Assembly (NCBI GenBank): GCA_037447605.1
Contig: CM074805.1
Span: 3,691,361 to 3,755,360, forward strand
Reading direction: 5' to 3'
Source: Zygnema circumcarinatum SAG 698-1b
Lineage: Eukaryota > Plantae > Zygnematophyceae
DNA length: 64,000 nucleotides
Below, piece by piece: positions 49,596 through 62,100 of this stretch (the first letter of the stretch is position 1; every line of letters begins with the position of its first letter). Made by a program: the position numbers and the translations under genes. The notes under the pieces were generated by a model, which did no database searches, was not told where the DNA came from, and saw only the letters and a list, made by a program, of their open reading frames with translations.

Positions 49596-50553
49596 GGTAC
49601 GGTTGCAACCATTGACAATCGTTGTTTGTTTTTGTCCCGTCGCAATGGTTGGCGACCTTGGAATGAAGTCGTTGCAACGATGGGCCATGGTTTGCAACGT
49701 TGCCAACCATTGCCGCCGGCCCTTCAATTCCAAGGTTGCCCACCATTGGCGATCGTTGTTTAGGGCCGGCGGCAATGGTTGGCGACATTGAAAACCATTG
49801 CCAATGGTTGCAACCATTGAATTCCAATGGTTGCCAACCATTGCGACGGGACCGAAACAAGCATTGCCACTGGTTCCAACCATTGCCGCCGGTCCCAAAC
49901 AACCATTGCCGAAAGGAGGTGTCCGATGGAGAAAACAAAACAGAAAACAAAGACCAAAATAAAACACTTGGACATCGTACACGTGGTGCGATCATACCTA
50001 GGCTACTACGCCGGATCCCATCAGTACTCCGCAGCTAAGCGCCTGTGGGCCGGAATAGTACTGTGATGGGTGACGTCCCGGGAAGTCCCGGTGTCGTACC
50101 CACACATTTTACTCTTTTCTTTCATTTCTGGAAATGGTCAAACATCAACATCGATGGTGTGACCAATCATGTTGGACATTGTCCTTGACCTGTTCTTGGC
50201 TGACGTCACAAGGTGACGCCTTGGCGGACTGCTTGTCTCGGCAAGCCGGTCCGAAACAGCAATTGCCAAATGGTTGGAACCATCGCCGCCGACCGACACA
50301 ACCATTGCCATCGGACCGAAACAACCATTGCCATCGGACCGAAACAACCATTGCCTACCAGTTGCTACCCAGCCCTAAAACAACTATTGCCAATGGTTGG
50401 CAATCTTGGAATTCAAGGGCCGGCGGGCGGCAACGGTTGGCAACATTGAAAACCATGGCCCATCGTTGCAACCACTGCATTCCAAGGTCGCCAACCATTG
50501 CGACGGGACAAAAACAAACAACGATTGCCAATGGTTCCAACCATACCATTGCC
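49596..50553. mobile_element. Putative foldback/non-autonomous TIR element of CAACCATTG/CAATGGTTG units with ~170-bp terminal inverted repeats, enclosing a 5S rRNA gene
   Basis: 49596-49765 is the near-exact reverse complement of 50372-50546 (e.g. CAATCGTTGTTTGTTTTTGTCCCGTCGCAATGGTTGGCGACCTTGGAATG). TGCGGTAC occurs as a direct repeat at 49593-49600 and 50554-50561. Confidence 0.7.
49983..50101 (+). rRNA. 5S: 5S rRNA gene (full-length, possibly a variant or pseudogene)
   Basis: GGTGCGATCATACC...CCGGATCCCATCAGTACTCCGCAGCTAAGCG...TAGTACTGTGATGGGTGAC...GGGAAGTCCCGGTGTCGTACC. Helix I pairs; a T-rich terminator follows. Confidence 0.92.
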
Positions 50554-50708
50554 TGCGGTACTTTGCCTGCGGTCGCTTTTAGGTACTTGGGTGGAACATA
50601 TCAGCGGGCGGGTACTCTACTGTTACGTGCACGGCGCATGTTGAAGCACCGCCGGCGGTCGGGGAGAGAGAGAGGGAGTGGAGGGGCAGGGAGGGCAGAG
50701 GGAGAGCG

Positions 50709-51739
50709 ATGCGGCGATCAACAGTGCCTGCAGCTGGACATTCTGTGAGAAGGGGAGAACCAGAGGGGTTACATCACATCTATATGTTGCGGGAGACACG
50801 TCGCGGGGAGGAACAACCTTTTGTGAAAGGGTAGGAAGTCCCGATTTGGAGTCAGTTCAAAGAGGCAGGAGTCTCAGATGAGGAGAGTCGTTCCCAAACA
50901 ACTATTGAATACTTGCTTAAGGAAGTTCAATTTCTTGGAGACAAGGTTTGTATTTTTTGGGTGGATTTCGTGATTTTTTTGTCTGATTCAATATATCCAA
51001 TCCTTTCTTGTCGCAATTTGTTGCATGTTTTACCTTCAAATCTGGAGGATTTCTACTGCAATCTGAAGACATTTGTTCGTGATAAAGATTCTTTGACAAG
51101 CGTTATTGAAGTGAAGAGTTGAATGGTGACAGCTGGATAGATATCGGTATAATGAGAGTATCTTGTTCCAAGAAGGTGAAGAGCGGCGTGTAGAATATGA
51201 GCGAGCGATTGCGAAATGTAATGCTACCGAGGAGGCTTTGTTGCAAGAGAGAACTGCACGAAAAATGGAACAATCAGAACTACGAAAAGAGATCAACCTG
51301 CTGAGAGGAGCACTGGTTTTGGAGCAGCAATGTGTCGAAGTTGTGAGGATTCTCTTAACCTTGTCGTTCGCATTCCCTTCAATCACCGAATTGTGTCTTC
51401 TTTCTTGCAGTCGTGATCGAAGGGATGTTTGCAGGCAAGGTGTTAATTATTTGTGGTGCAGTTGATGCTTAAATGCGTATGAAATTTATGTTTGTGGCTC
51501 TCTGTGCAATGTTCTTTCTATATTCGAATCACTTGCTGCAGAAGGAGATGGAGATCGGAAGACTATTGACAGAGAAAGAGGAGATTCAGCAGAAAGTTGA
51601 CGAGAAGGTGAGGGAAATCGTAACCTTAGCTGAAAAGGCGGTGGAGCTGAAAGATGAGGCGATGCGTAAGATGTCTCAAGCAGAGCGAGCGATGGAAGCA
51701 GCACAGCTGAAGACGGCGGGCCTAGATCTAAAGGATTAG
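50709..51739 (+). pseudogene. Spliced coiled-coil protein gene of unknown family, probably interrupted
   Basis: Phase-0 GT-AG chain ...50945 | 51133-51342 | 51542-51739 encodes E/K-rich heptads. The first-exon frame from ATG 50709 has an in-frame TAG at 50832. Confidence 0.4.
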
Positions 51740-54700
51740 GTCTTAGAAATTCAGTGAGTCATCTCATTTCTCGCTACGTCACTTGGTGCTACGATTGGGA
51801 CTTCTTAAATCCTGGAATACAGGTTGCAATGTCAAACGAATGAATTATCTTGCGTTGAGTTCATAGGGGTACCTCCATGAGGCGATTGGCAGCAACTGGA
51901 GCCTAATATGACGGACATACAAAAGAGGCTGGAGCAGCGCAACTATTTAACAGTAAAAGTGCTTTTTGCCATAGGTGCATTTGTAGAGGTCGTCAGTTGA
52001 CATGCATTACTTAACATCGACACTGGGAGTATGAACATGATTTTTCTCAATTGCAATAAAGCCGCCATGTCACATGGCATGACATTGCTCATTCCATTGC
52101 AAAATGCGAAGTAGCAGACTTTTTTGAATGGTCTACCATCCCATAGTTAGGTGAGCATGACATGGCATGTGCAGCATCATGACATGCGTGGACATGGCCT
52201 AGTGACCCGGTGTGCATTTGTCAGAATTGGGTCCGATGTTCAAGCGATCCAAACCGCTTCAACATTGAGGACATAAAACCAGAACAGTTACGGAGATTGA
52301 AGACCTTCATGCTTGTAGGATCGCAGGGCGTTACATGAAAAAGTGAGAGATGAATAAGACGCTTACAACAGCATGGGAAGGCCGCATGTGTGCAAGTCTG
52401 ACAGGCTGCCTGCCTTTCAAGCCCATTATGTAACAACTGAAAAACGCCTCGTCAGTCTGCGCGGAATCACACACCAGCACTCCGAGTTCAGCGAGAGAGG
52501 GCAGGAAAGAGAGAGAGAGAGAGCAAGAACTTCAGAGGGTGGCGCAGCCCCGAGCGGGGGTGCAACCGAATGCCGGTACGTTGGTTGGGTGACGACAGTC
52601 ACCCACGCCCCTTTACGCTTCCCCCGTCGAACCTCCTACCAGCATGGAGGATTGGAAGCAGGGCTGTCCAATGGCAGACCGCCACGTGTTCCTCTCTGAC
52701 TCGAATGGGTCAGAGGTGTACAACGTACGAATGNNNNNNNNNNGGGAAGATCGACCCTTTCTCACAAGACGGTGGGCTTGAATGGTTTCAACTTCATACT
52801 CAAGTTCACCCTCAAGCTCCACTGGTGGGGGAGGTGGCTGGATCCTCCCATCGCTACGGTAGACTTTTAGCAAGCCCACATGAAAGACCGGATGCACCTT
52901 CATGTGGGATGGTAAATCCAACCTGTAAGCGACATCATTGATTCGCTTCACGACCTTAAAAGGTCCTATGAAACGGGGCCACAGCTTACGTGTTCCGCCA
53001 TAAGCTTTGAGTCTTAAGTTCGCCGTACTCAGCAACACCTCATCGCCTTCATTGAAGGTGAGTTGGGTACGGTGACGGTCAACATAGGCCTTTGTCACAT
53101 CGTCGCTACAGGTCCGCTTCAAGTAGCTGGCTCTGCACATTCACGACAAAAGATTTGATCAAGGAGGTTGAGTCCCATCACCTCTCAAATTTCCAAGGAT
53201 CGGGGGGTTCTGTGGACGCTTGAGGTTCCATGGGACGTGGGGTCATCCCTTTGGTCGCAGTGGGATTTGCAGGACGCCGCCAAAGTTCAAGAAGCAGCGG
53301 GTGGTACCAATGGACTCCCCTCGAAAGCATTATTGATGGCGTACTCGCCATCGGGAGTGCCGCCCACCCATCCGGTAGGTCTCATACGCCGAGGTAATCC
53401 TCCAGATCCTCGCTCTCACCCGCTCCGGGTTTGGCCATCGGTTTGGCGTGGTGGAAAGCCGTACTCAACGCCCGCTGGTCCCAACGATTTGAGCACTTCC
53501 GCCCAAAATGGCCGGTGAATCGTGGATCGCGGTTAGACACAATTTCTGACTGAAGACCATGCTGGCTCCACACTTTGTCAACATACAACCGTGCAATGTC
53601 GTCGGCCCCAGCTGTCTTATTAGTTGGTGCAAAATGCACCATCTTGCTAAGCCGATCGACAAAGACGAGGATGGCGTCATGCCCCCGAGGGGTCACAGGA
53701 AGATTTGTGATCAGGTCCATACCCACACTATCCCATTTCCGAAAAGGAGGTGTGTGAGGGGTTGCGCCGCCGTGGATCCCCGCCAAAGGCGGGTTTGTTT
53801 CGCTGACAAGTTGGACAAGCGAGTACATACGCTTTCACTTCCCTCGAGAGTCCAGGCCACCAGAACTCTCGGAGCAGTGCCTCACGGGTTTTGGCAACTC
53901 CCATGTGACCTCGGTACGGAGGATCATGTAGCTCACCCAGAATGAGCTGCCGTACAGTCCCGGCCTTGGGCACGACCAACTGCTGGCCGTGGTACCAAAA
54001 TCCGTCCTTAGACACCACTTTGTCCTTATAGCTACTACCTGGCCATCCGAATTAGAAGCGATCACTAGCGTCTCTCCCCGGATCATCCGTCTGGTGGACG
54101 TAGCAGAGGCTGACCGTCACCGGTGAGGACTACACGTTACACCGGAAAGATTTAGACTTTGCCGGCTCGCCCCCTACCCCGCTTCATCTCGTCCCCAACA
54201 ACACCCTAGCCTAATTTGAGTGCACCATCCAGCAAGATGCCGGGTCGCCGCCGCTGGTCGGCCATTCAAATTTTCCGGTCGATAAGCAATTCCACCGGCA
54301 AATAAACCTTTGGAGGAACTCGCATCACCAGGTTCGCTGCCTAGACAATAAGGTCCGTTGGGTAGAGAGAAACGCCACGGGCGGTGTGTCGCGACGCGAC
54401 ACGCTTTCGCCCTCTAAATAGCACCGCCATGTCCTCGTATGCACCACCGCAGCGCCTCGCTCGCTGGTGTAATAGTTGAGCCACCGATTCATTTTTATGC
54501 ACTTTCATACGCGCTGACCATCTTAGCAACAAGATCTACACTCCAAGGCTTAACTCGGCATCACAAACCACTTTTGCTAAGGTTTGGACGGTCCGCCAAA
54601 CGAGAGTGGGTGCGTAACAAGTGCATGGCGCACACCTTCAATGTAACCGGCATCCGTGGGTCCATGTAAAGGGACACCTGAACGGTCAAATTAGTCAGCC

Positions 54701-57566
54701 GGCGGAGTAACCAACTTACTAAACCCTTGGATGAACTTACGAAAATAGTTCGCAAATCCCAAGAAGGACCTCAACTGATGCAAGTCAGTCGAGGGTGCCC
54801 AAGTTTCTACCGCTGAAACTTTGGCAGGGTCTGGCCGAAGGCCCTGATCATTGAGAATATGCCCAAGAGGTGCCAACCATACCGCATGAAGTGACACTTC
54901 TTCCTCTTGGCATAAACTCGTGTTTCCTCGTGGTCTTCAAACACTTTCCTAACGTGTTCAAGATGTTCTCCTCTGCCTTATCAAGATTACGGATATCAAT
55001 GAGGTAAAACCAAACAAACTCGCCCATGCCGGCGAACATTTCGTTCGATGTACTGAAAGTTTGCCGGAGCATTAGTCAATCCAAAGGGCAATACCTTAGA
55101 TTGGAAATGACCAATCGGCGTCCGGAACGCAGTTTTTGGCACATCAACTTCCGTGACGCGGATCTGATGGTACCCCTGAGCAAGATCAAGTGATGTAAAT
55201 ACTTTGGCACCGCGGAAGACGATCCAATCGTGATCATCAATACGTGGTAAAACGAAATCCGCTCTTACAAAGCGACTGTTGGCGCCATAATCAATGCATC
55301 CTCAAATGAACCATCTTTCTTCCCAAATGTCAAGATGGGCGCCCCAAAGGGGCCTGACCGGGTTCTATCCGCCCCTTTTCACGAAGTTGCCAATCGCTGC
55401 GATCTCTTCGTTTCTTTCGGCTTAACCGGAGAGGATCGCCGCCATGCTTTGCTCGTGTCAAGAGGGATTGTGTGCCCCACCCTCTCTCGCATGGTGGCAA
55501 CCCTTTTTCAGCGTCGCCGTACATCCTCAACTCATCCAAATGCGTTGGATTTTGGGTGAACGCAATGGGTATAGGCCATCCGTGATGCGGATCTCGCCAT
55601 TCCTCGATCTTTCGTCATGAACATCCCGCGCATGCCATGACATGCACCATGAACAAGGTGCAACCTTCCATAACCCACAATTGCATACCGAAAGCACGAT
55701 AAGGAGTAAAGAGTCGCTTGATAGCGAGGGATGTGGCTCGCCAGGTGCGTAAGCCGCCCGTCACCACTGTAAGTAATGCAATGGGATGAAAGTCCATTTG
55801 TGTTTTGACCATGGTTAACCAAGCACCCCCAAAATAACATCACACTGGGCCAGCTTGTGTTAGAAGACACTTGGACCGCCTTTGTGCAGGATTGGAGCTT
55901 GATCTGAGTGTGACGCTACCAGAGATCCGCCCTTTAAGGCCCATCCCCTCAAAAGTAACACTTTCTCAATGGGGACTGGTGGGTCAACCCAAATCTTCGC
56001 GGTGAACGCAGTAACTAACAAAAGCTAGCATTCGCCTGCAAGTATCTAGCAAGAGGAACCGGGCCGGGTGGCCATTGGTCACCCGGCGAAGGTCATGGCA
56101 CGATGGGCAAGGTGGAACATAGATCGCACTATATGCGAAGGTTGAGGACGAGCCGTCCTCCACACCAATGTGTAGGTGATCCAACCAGTGAACTGGGGGA
56201 CCCTTCCATCGACTGCACCAACTTGTGCCCTTTCCTCAACTGCTTTCACCAACCGCCAAGGGCGCTGAAAGGTGTGAACCGCCATGTACGAGGAACCAAG
56301 ACATGCAAATGCAAGGATATGGGATGTGTCCCGCATGACATGCACGGTATTCATGGCACAATTCACCAAGACATCATTACCCAGGACATTGAGGATAAAC
56401 ACAGTCCATTGACCATGCATCAGCACATCCATAAACCCAGGAGGAGTCACTACAGTGGCAGGGGAAAGAGAAATGGAAGAAGGGAGTACATCAAACACAA
56501 AAAGATCTTGCACTCCCAAAGTCCTGCCCACCAAATTAAGAATGTCCGAGGTTCTAAGAAACAATAGTCTCTTATCCTTGATGGCAGCCCCATTCCCTCC
56601 CCCTAGCCTAGCATGTCCACCAGCAACGACCCCTAAGCTGCTGGTGGGTTGGGGTTTTCCGGCCCCTTGCCCTTCTTGTCCTTGGTGCTGAGGCAATCCT
56701 CGTGGGCCTTATGCCCTCCCCAGGCGCCGAAACACTTGTTCTCCCGGCCGCGATCTTCCATTTCCTCTCGAGTCAACTTCTCGCGTCGCAGTAGTTGGTG
56801 GGCGGGCGTACCACTTCCTGCATTGCTCTCAAGTATTCTTTTCCTCGGCCAGCCATAGATGAGGGTGTAGCAAACGCTACGTACTACCCCAAGGGGGGAA
56901 GGGTTACGAGCCCCGGCGCGGTTTCTTTTATGTTTCCATCCAATGCAGTATCTAACGGTTAGGGCATCGGATACCCTATAGGACGACGGAGGTCCTAGGT
57001 TCGAACCGTAAGAACTGGTTCACCCGTGGGGCTGCCACATAATCTCTATGGGCCCCACGCCACCGCTGTCCCCTCCCTCCTCACTGCAGGGAGGATCACG
57101 ACTCACCCGCACTCACTGACCAATCCCCGGGTCTCGGGGGGGATTCGCCGCGCCTCGATCCCCCTTTTGATTCGCTCGTCTGCATAATAACGGCACTGCT
57201 GGTACGGACAACGGTTGGGCCCGACCAAGGCCGCTGTAGTTCTGACTGGTAATCGAGTCGCGAGATGCCCATGCATATGTTGCGGTTATGCGCTACAATG
57301 AATGCGCGAGCATTCAGACAGAATTCTCACCCATTCGAAATGAGAGGGACACGTGCGGCGCTTTGCTATCGACGCCTTCGCTTCCAATCCTCCATATGCC
57401 GGTAGAGGTTCAACTGGGAAGCTGCAGGGCGGGAGGGTGACTGCTGTCACCCAAACCAACGCACGCAAGATACAGCACCATCTCGCCGCCTCCCCACTCA
57501 AGCTCTCTCTCTCGCTTTGCCGAAAGTAATTCCGCCGCTGCATCAAGAGGCAGCTGCTTGTTACAT

Positions 57567-57580
57567 TGGTATCGAAAGCC
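57567..57580 (+). other. Primer-binding site, tRNA-iMet-like
   Basis: TGGTATCGAAAGCC lies 1 nt after the LTR end ...TTACA; the canonical plant iMet PBS is TGGTATCAGAGC. Confidence 0.75.
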
Positions 57581-59086
57581 GCTGCTAAGTGCCTTCTTCT
57601 TTGGGAGAACCTAGTGGGTCACGCGACTCACTCGTCGCCTGAGGGGACCCCAAATTTCTGCCAGCCACTTCCACCTCCCCGCTCCCTGACGAGGAGAGAT
57701 TTGAGGAGAATCCCTGAGATTACGCCTGGCCCCTATGGAGGGGTTTCAGTCTCGAGCCCACGGTGACCAAGGTCACTCCGTGAGGCTACCGCCTCTTCCT
57801 TTCACTCCAACCGGAGCCCGTGGCTCCGGTAGAAGCCTCAACTGGGCCCTACCCCATGATCGGGGCCCACATCACCGTGGGCGCGGCCCAGAAGATGAGG
57901 AACAGGATTGAGGATTTGGGGAAGAGCGTGAGGGAGCAGAACGTGAACACGTTGAGCTGCTCAAGGAAGGTGGACGACATGGAGCTCACGGTCCGCCGTC
58001 TGGTGGACACGCTCCAAACGGAGTTCCGGAGCCTTTCTACGTGTTCCGCGATCGGTGAAGGTATGCCCAACCCTCAGCCGAGGCAAAGTGATGCATCAGG
58101 TCCCGGAAGGGGTTAGGTAAACCACTCCGTGGCGCTGTCATTCCATGCCTCAACCGGGCTGCTCTGGCAAACCGGCAGAAGTCCGACCCCCGGTTTTTCC
58201 ACTGGGGAAGTCACCCTCACGGGTGGAAGTAACCACCCAAGAAGGGGGGACCCCCGGCCGGGTACTGCCGGGGCAGGAGATCCCAGCCCCTGATCAAGCC
58301 TCAAGCAACCCATCGAGGATGGCCGACGAATCGGCCAAGGTGGCCCCCTCTTTCCTTTGGGCGAACATTCTACCACGGATCACTTCGACGAGCAGCGGGT
58401 TGGCCAAACGGTGGCTACCTTCTCGGTGACCAATCGCCCTCTCTCTCCAAAGGTAAGCTTTGTTATTCCAAAGACTCGTGAGGGAGCCGCATACCGTGGT
58501 GTATGAGGGCCTCTCGCTGAGATTGGGACGCCCATTGGGATAAGTTCGAGTTGAACTTCCCATCAAACACTTTGGGTCTTTGGATCCCACTGAGGTCTGG
58601 ATAAGTTTCAACATGGTCCAAACCGGCAACAAGCCAAGGCCATGAGACTCCGCGACAAGTGGTGCCCCAAATCACCACTCACAAGCTCGACAGTTGAGTT
58701 CTTTTTCACTTTAGGAATGGCTAAAGCCACACCGGTGGTGCCAGCTTACACAACCCACCTGACCAAACCGTGGGACCCCCACACTCGGCCGCACTTTGAT
58801 GCCTATTCGCTGACACCGCCGCAGCGCATACCCTTCCCGACCCCGCCAGAGGTCGGGCTATCGACAGGTCGGGAAGGCGGGAGCCCGCCCCGCCAAACCG
58901 GGCAGAAAGAACAAGCGAAGCAGCCGAAGTGGCTGCCTCGCCCACCCACCGCGACGCCGCAGGTTGACTCCGTGAGGAAATGGAGAGAAGATGCAACTGA
59001 GAACAAGTGCGTTTCCGCTGCCGCAAGGAGGGGCACAAGGCCCGGGATTGCCCTCTGAACACCAAGGACAAGAAGGGCAAGGGGCC

Positions 59087-59130
59087 GGAAAACCCCAACC
59101 CACCAGCAGCTTAGGGGTCGTTGCTGGTGG
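59087..59130 (+). promoter_or_regulatory. Putative -1 programmed ribosomal frameshift signal (gag-pol)
   Basis: G_GAA_AAC in gag phase, a 6-nt spacer, then an 11-bp stem CCACCAGCAGC/GTTGCTGGTGG with the gag TAG in its loop. Identical in the other copy (56617-56660, minus strand). Confidence 0.7.
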
Positions 59131-62100
59131 ACATGCTAGGTTAGGGGGAGGGATGGAGACTGCTGCCAGGACTAGGGGACATTTGTTTCTTAAAACCTCG
59201 GACATTCTAAATTGGCTGTGTGCCTTTGGGAATGCACGACTTTGTGTTTGATGCACCGCTTTCCATTTCTCCCCTCGCCAATCGTGAGTGACCTCTTTCC
59301 GGGTTGCATGGATGTGGCCGATGCATGGTCAATGGACTGCTTATCCTCAATGTCATGGGTACGATGTCTTGGTGAATTGTGCCATGAATACCGGCATGCC
59401 GCGCGGACACATCCCATATGCCCCAGGCCAAGATGCCGTTCCTCAAAGACATGGCAAGCCAGACTCTTTCCCCGCCACTTTGGCGGTTGGTGAAACAATT
59501 GAGGAAAGGGGCACACGCAGTAAGAGATGGAAGGATCCACCGCCTTGCCGTTGGCTCACCCTACACATTGCGTGGAGGACGGTCATACCAACCTTCTCGT
59601 GACATATAGCGCGCATCTATGTTCCACCTTGGGCCTATCGTACATGACCTTTCATATCGGGTCAGCCTAATGGCCACCAACAGCTTCTATCAAGTAGATA
59701 CCGGGCAGATGCTAATCTTTGTTAGTTCTCGCTCACCCGTAGATTTGCTGACCATGCATCTCCCCATTCGCAGTGTTACTTTCGATGGACGCGAAGGGCC
59801 GACTGTAGCGTCACACTCAAGATCAAGTCTAATTCACCCGCGCCGTCTTCTAACACAACCGCCCCCGTAACATGTTATTTTGGGAGTGCTTGGTTAACCA
59901 TGGTCAAAGCACAAATGGACTTTTTCGTCTCCATATTGCATTCTCGCATAAAGGGTGACAGCGGCTTACCTCGCACTCCCTCGCAGCCACATCCTTCAAG
60001 CACGCTACCGCTCCTTATTCGTGCTCAGCCTATGCAATTGGCCAAAGCAAAGTATGGAAGGTTGCACCTTGTTCATGGTGTACGTCATGGCAGCCCAATT
60101 TATGATGTTCATGACTTAAGATCGTGAATGGCAGATTATTCACGGATGTGCTCTCGCCTACCACCCAAAAATCCAACCTTTGTTGGATGAGTTCGTGGAT
60201 GTTTTTCGTACCGACCTAATTTTCCAAAGAGGGTTGCCACCATCTAGAGGGTGGGGCACACAATCCTCTTGAGCTCGAAAGCAAAGTCACTTTGAAGGCC
60301 GATCTATCGGTTAAGCCCGAAAGAAACCGAGGAGATGCGAAAGCAGTTGGCAACTTTACGTGACAAGGGCTGGATAGAACCCAGTCAAAGCCCCTTTGGG
60401 GCGCCCATCTTGTTTGTTGGGAAGAAAGATGGTTCGCTGAGGATGTGCATCGACATCATGACTCAACAAGATCAATCGAAAGAACCGCTTCGCTTACCAC
60501 GCATTGATGATCCGCTGGATCGCCTTCACGTGCCAAAGTATTTACATCACTTGATCTTGCTCAGGGGTACCATCAGATCCGCGTCACGGAAGCTGATGTG
60601 CCAAAAACTGCGTTCCGGACGCCAATTGGTCATTTCCAATATAAGGTATTGCCCTTTGGATTGACTAATGCTCCGGCGACTTTCCAGGCTGTCATGAACG
60701 AAATGTTCATCGGCATGGACGAGTTTGTTTTGGTTTACCTCGATGATATCCATGTCTTCAAGAAGACGTGAGGAGAACATCTTGAACACGCTCGAAAGTG
60801 TTTGGAGACCGAGAAACACCGCTTATGCCAAGAGGAAGAAGTGTCACCATGCAACGTGAAATTGCTTTATCTTGGGTATATCCTCACGATCGTATTCTAA
60901 TTCGATCCCGCTAAAGTTTTAGACACTTACGCCACCACTGACTTGCATCAGCTTGGAGGTCTTTTCTGCCATAATTATTTTCGTAAGTTCATCCAAGGGT
61001 TTAGTAAGTTGGTTACCCTTGACTAATTTGACACGCCCGGTGTCCTTTACATGAACCCCAATGATGCATTCGGCTGCGTGCCATGCACTTTGTGCCAATG
61101 CGACCCACCGCTTAGCGACCCGGCCCAAGCTTCATGAAGTGGTTTGTGATAAGCTTCGATTCGCTTTGGGTGCCTTGTTTCAAGGTGGCCAACCTTTATA
61201 AAAAGGAAATGCAAATGAATCCGCTGAAATAACTATTCTCGTTAACGGAACAGAACTCAAGCAGTAGCGGGTCCACGCTCGGTGACATGGCGGTGCTATT
61301 TAGAGGGGCGTCACGCCGTCACCGACCACCGCCGCCGACGTTTTCAACCCACCGCACTGCTTCAGCGCGTTGTACTGGTTCTGAAGTTCCTCCAAAGGTT
61401 TGACCGCCGCTGGGTTTATCGCCCTGGGCCGAATGTGAAAGGTAATCTTACCGAAGTAGGCGCTCGCATCTTGCCCGGGATGGTGCGCCGTACTCGGTGT
61501 TGGTGGAACGAGATGACGTGAGGTGAGGGGCCGCCAACCCCGACCTTCCGTCTCCAGTGATGCTTTTGTCATAGATCCCTCCACTGACGCTAGCTAACCC
61601 TCCCCGCTTCTCTCCTCGGGACATCTCTATTGTATGATCCGTGAGGGGTATACTGCGATCCTTGTTCCCGATGGCCAAGCAATGGCTATGGGTGACAAAG
61701 TGGTGTCTAAGGACGGATTTTGGGACCACGGCCAGCAGTTGGTCGTGCCCAAGGCCGGGACTGTACGGCAGCTCATTCTGGGTGAGCTACATGATCCTCC
61801 GTACCGAGGTCACATGGGAGTTGCCAAAACCTGTGAGGCATCAGCCCGAGTTCGTGGCCTCGACTCGAGGGATGTGAAAGCGCATGTACCGCTTGTCCAA
61901 CTTGGCTAACGAAATAAAACCCCCGCGACCGGCAGATCCCCGCTACCGCAACCCTCACACCTCTTTCGAAATGGGACGTTGTGGGTATGGACTCATCACG
62001 ATCTTCCCCGCGGACACCTCGGGGCATGACTCATCCTCGCTTTGTCGATCGGGTGCCAAAGAAGATGGTGCATTTTGCACCAACTACTAAGTCAGCTGGG

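Noticed and set aside
49596-50553. Cassandra TRIM interpretation of the 5S-containing element
   Set aside because: The 5S is single and internal between inverted repeats, not inside two direct LTRs, and there is no PBS or PPT.
49582-50582. Repetitive ORFs and a CRISPR-like appearance of the CAACCATTG array
   Set aside because: There are no constant repeats with unique equal-length spacers and no cas genes, and the context is eukaryotic. The ORFs arise from stop-poor repeat DNA.
52060-52210. CATG-rich stretch ending in CTAG (possible Helitron 3' end)
   Set aside because: No convincing GC-rich subterminal hairpin and no second copy in the window.
56103-56567. 154-aa ORF antisense to the retroelement (possible antisense gene)
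   Set aside because: It mirrors the sense-frame ORF, has His/Gln-rich antisense-type composition, and is not kept open in the second copy.
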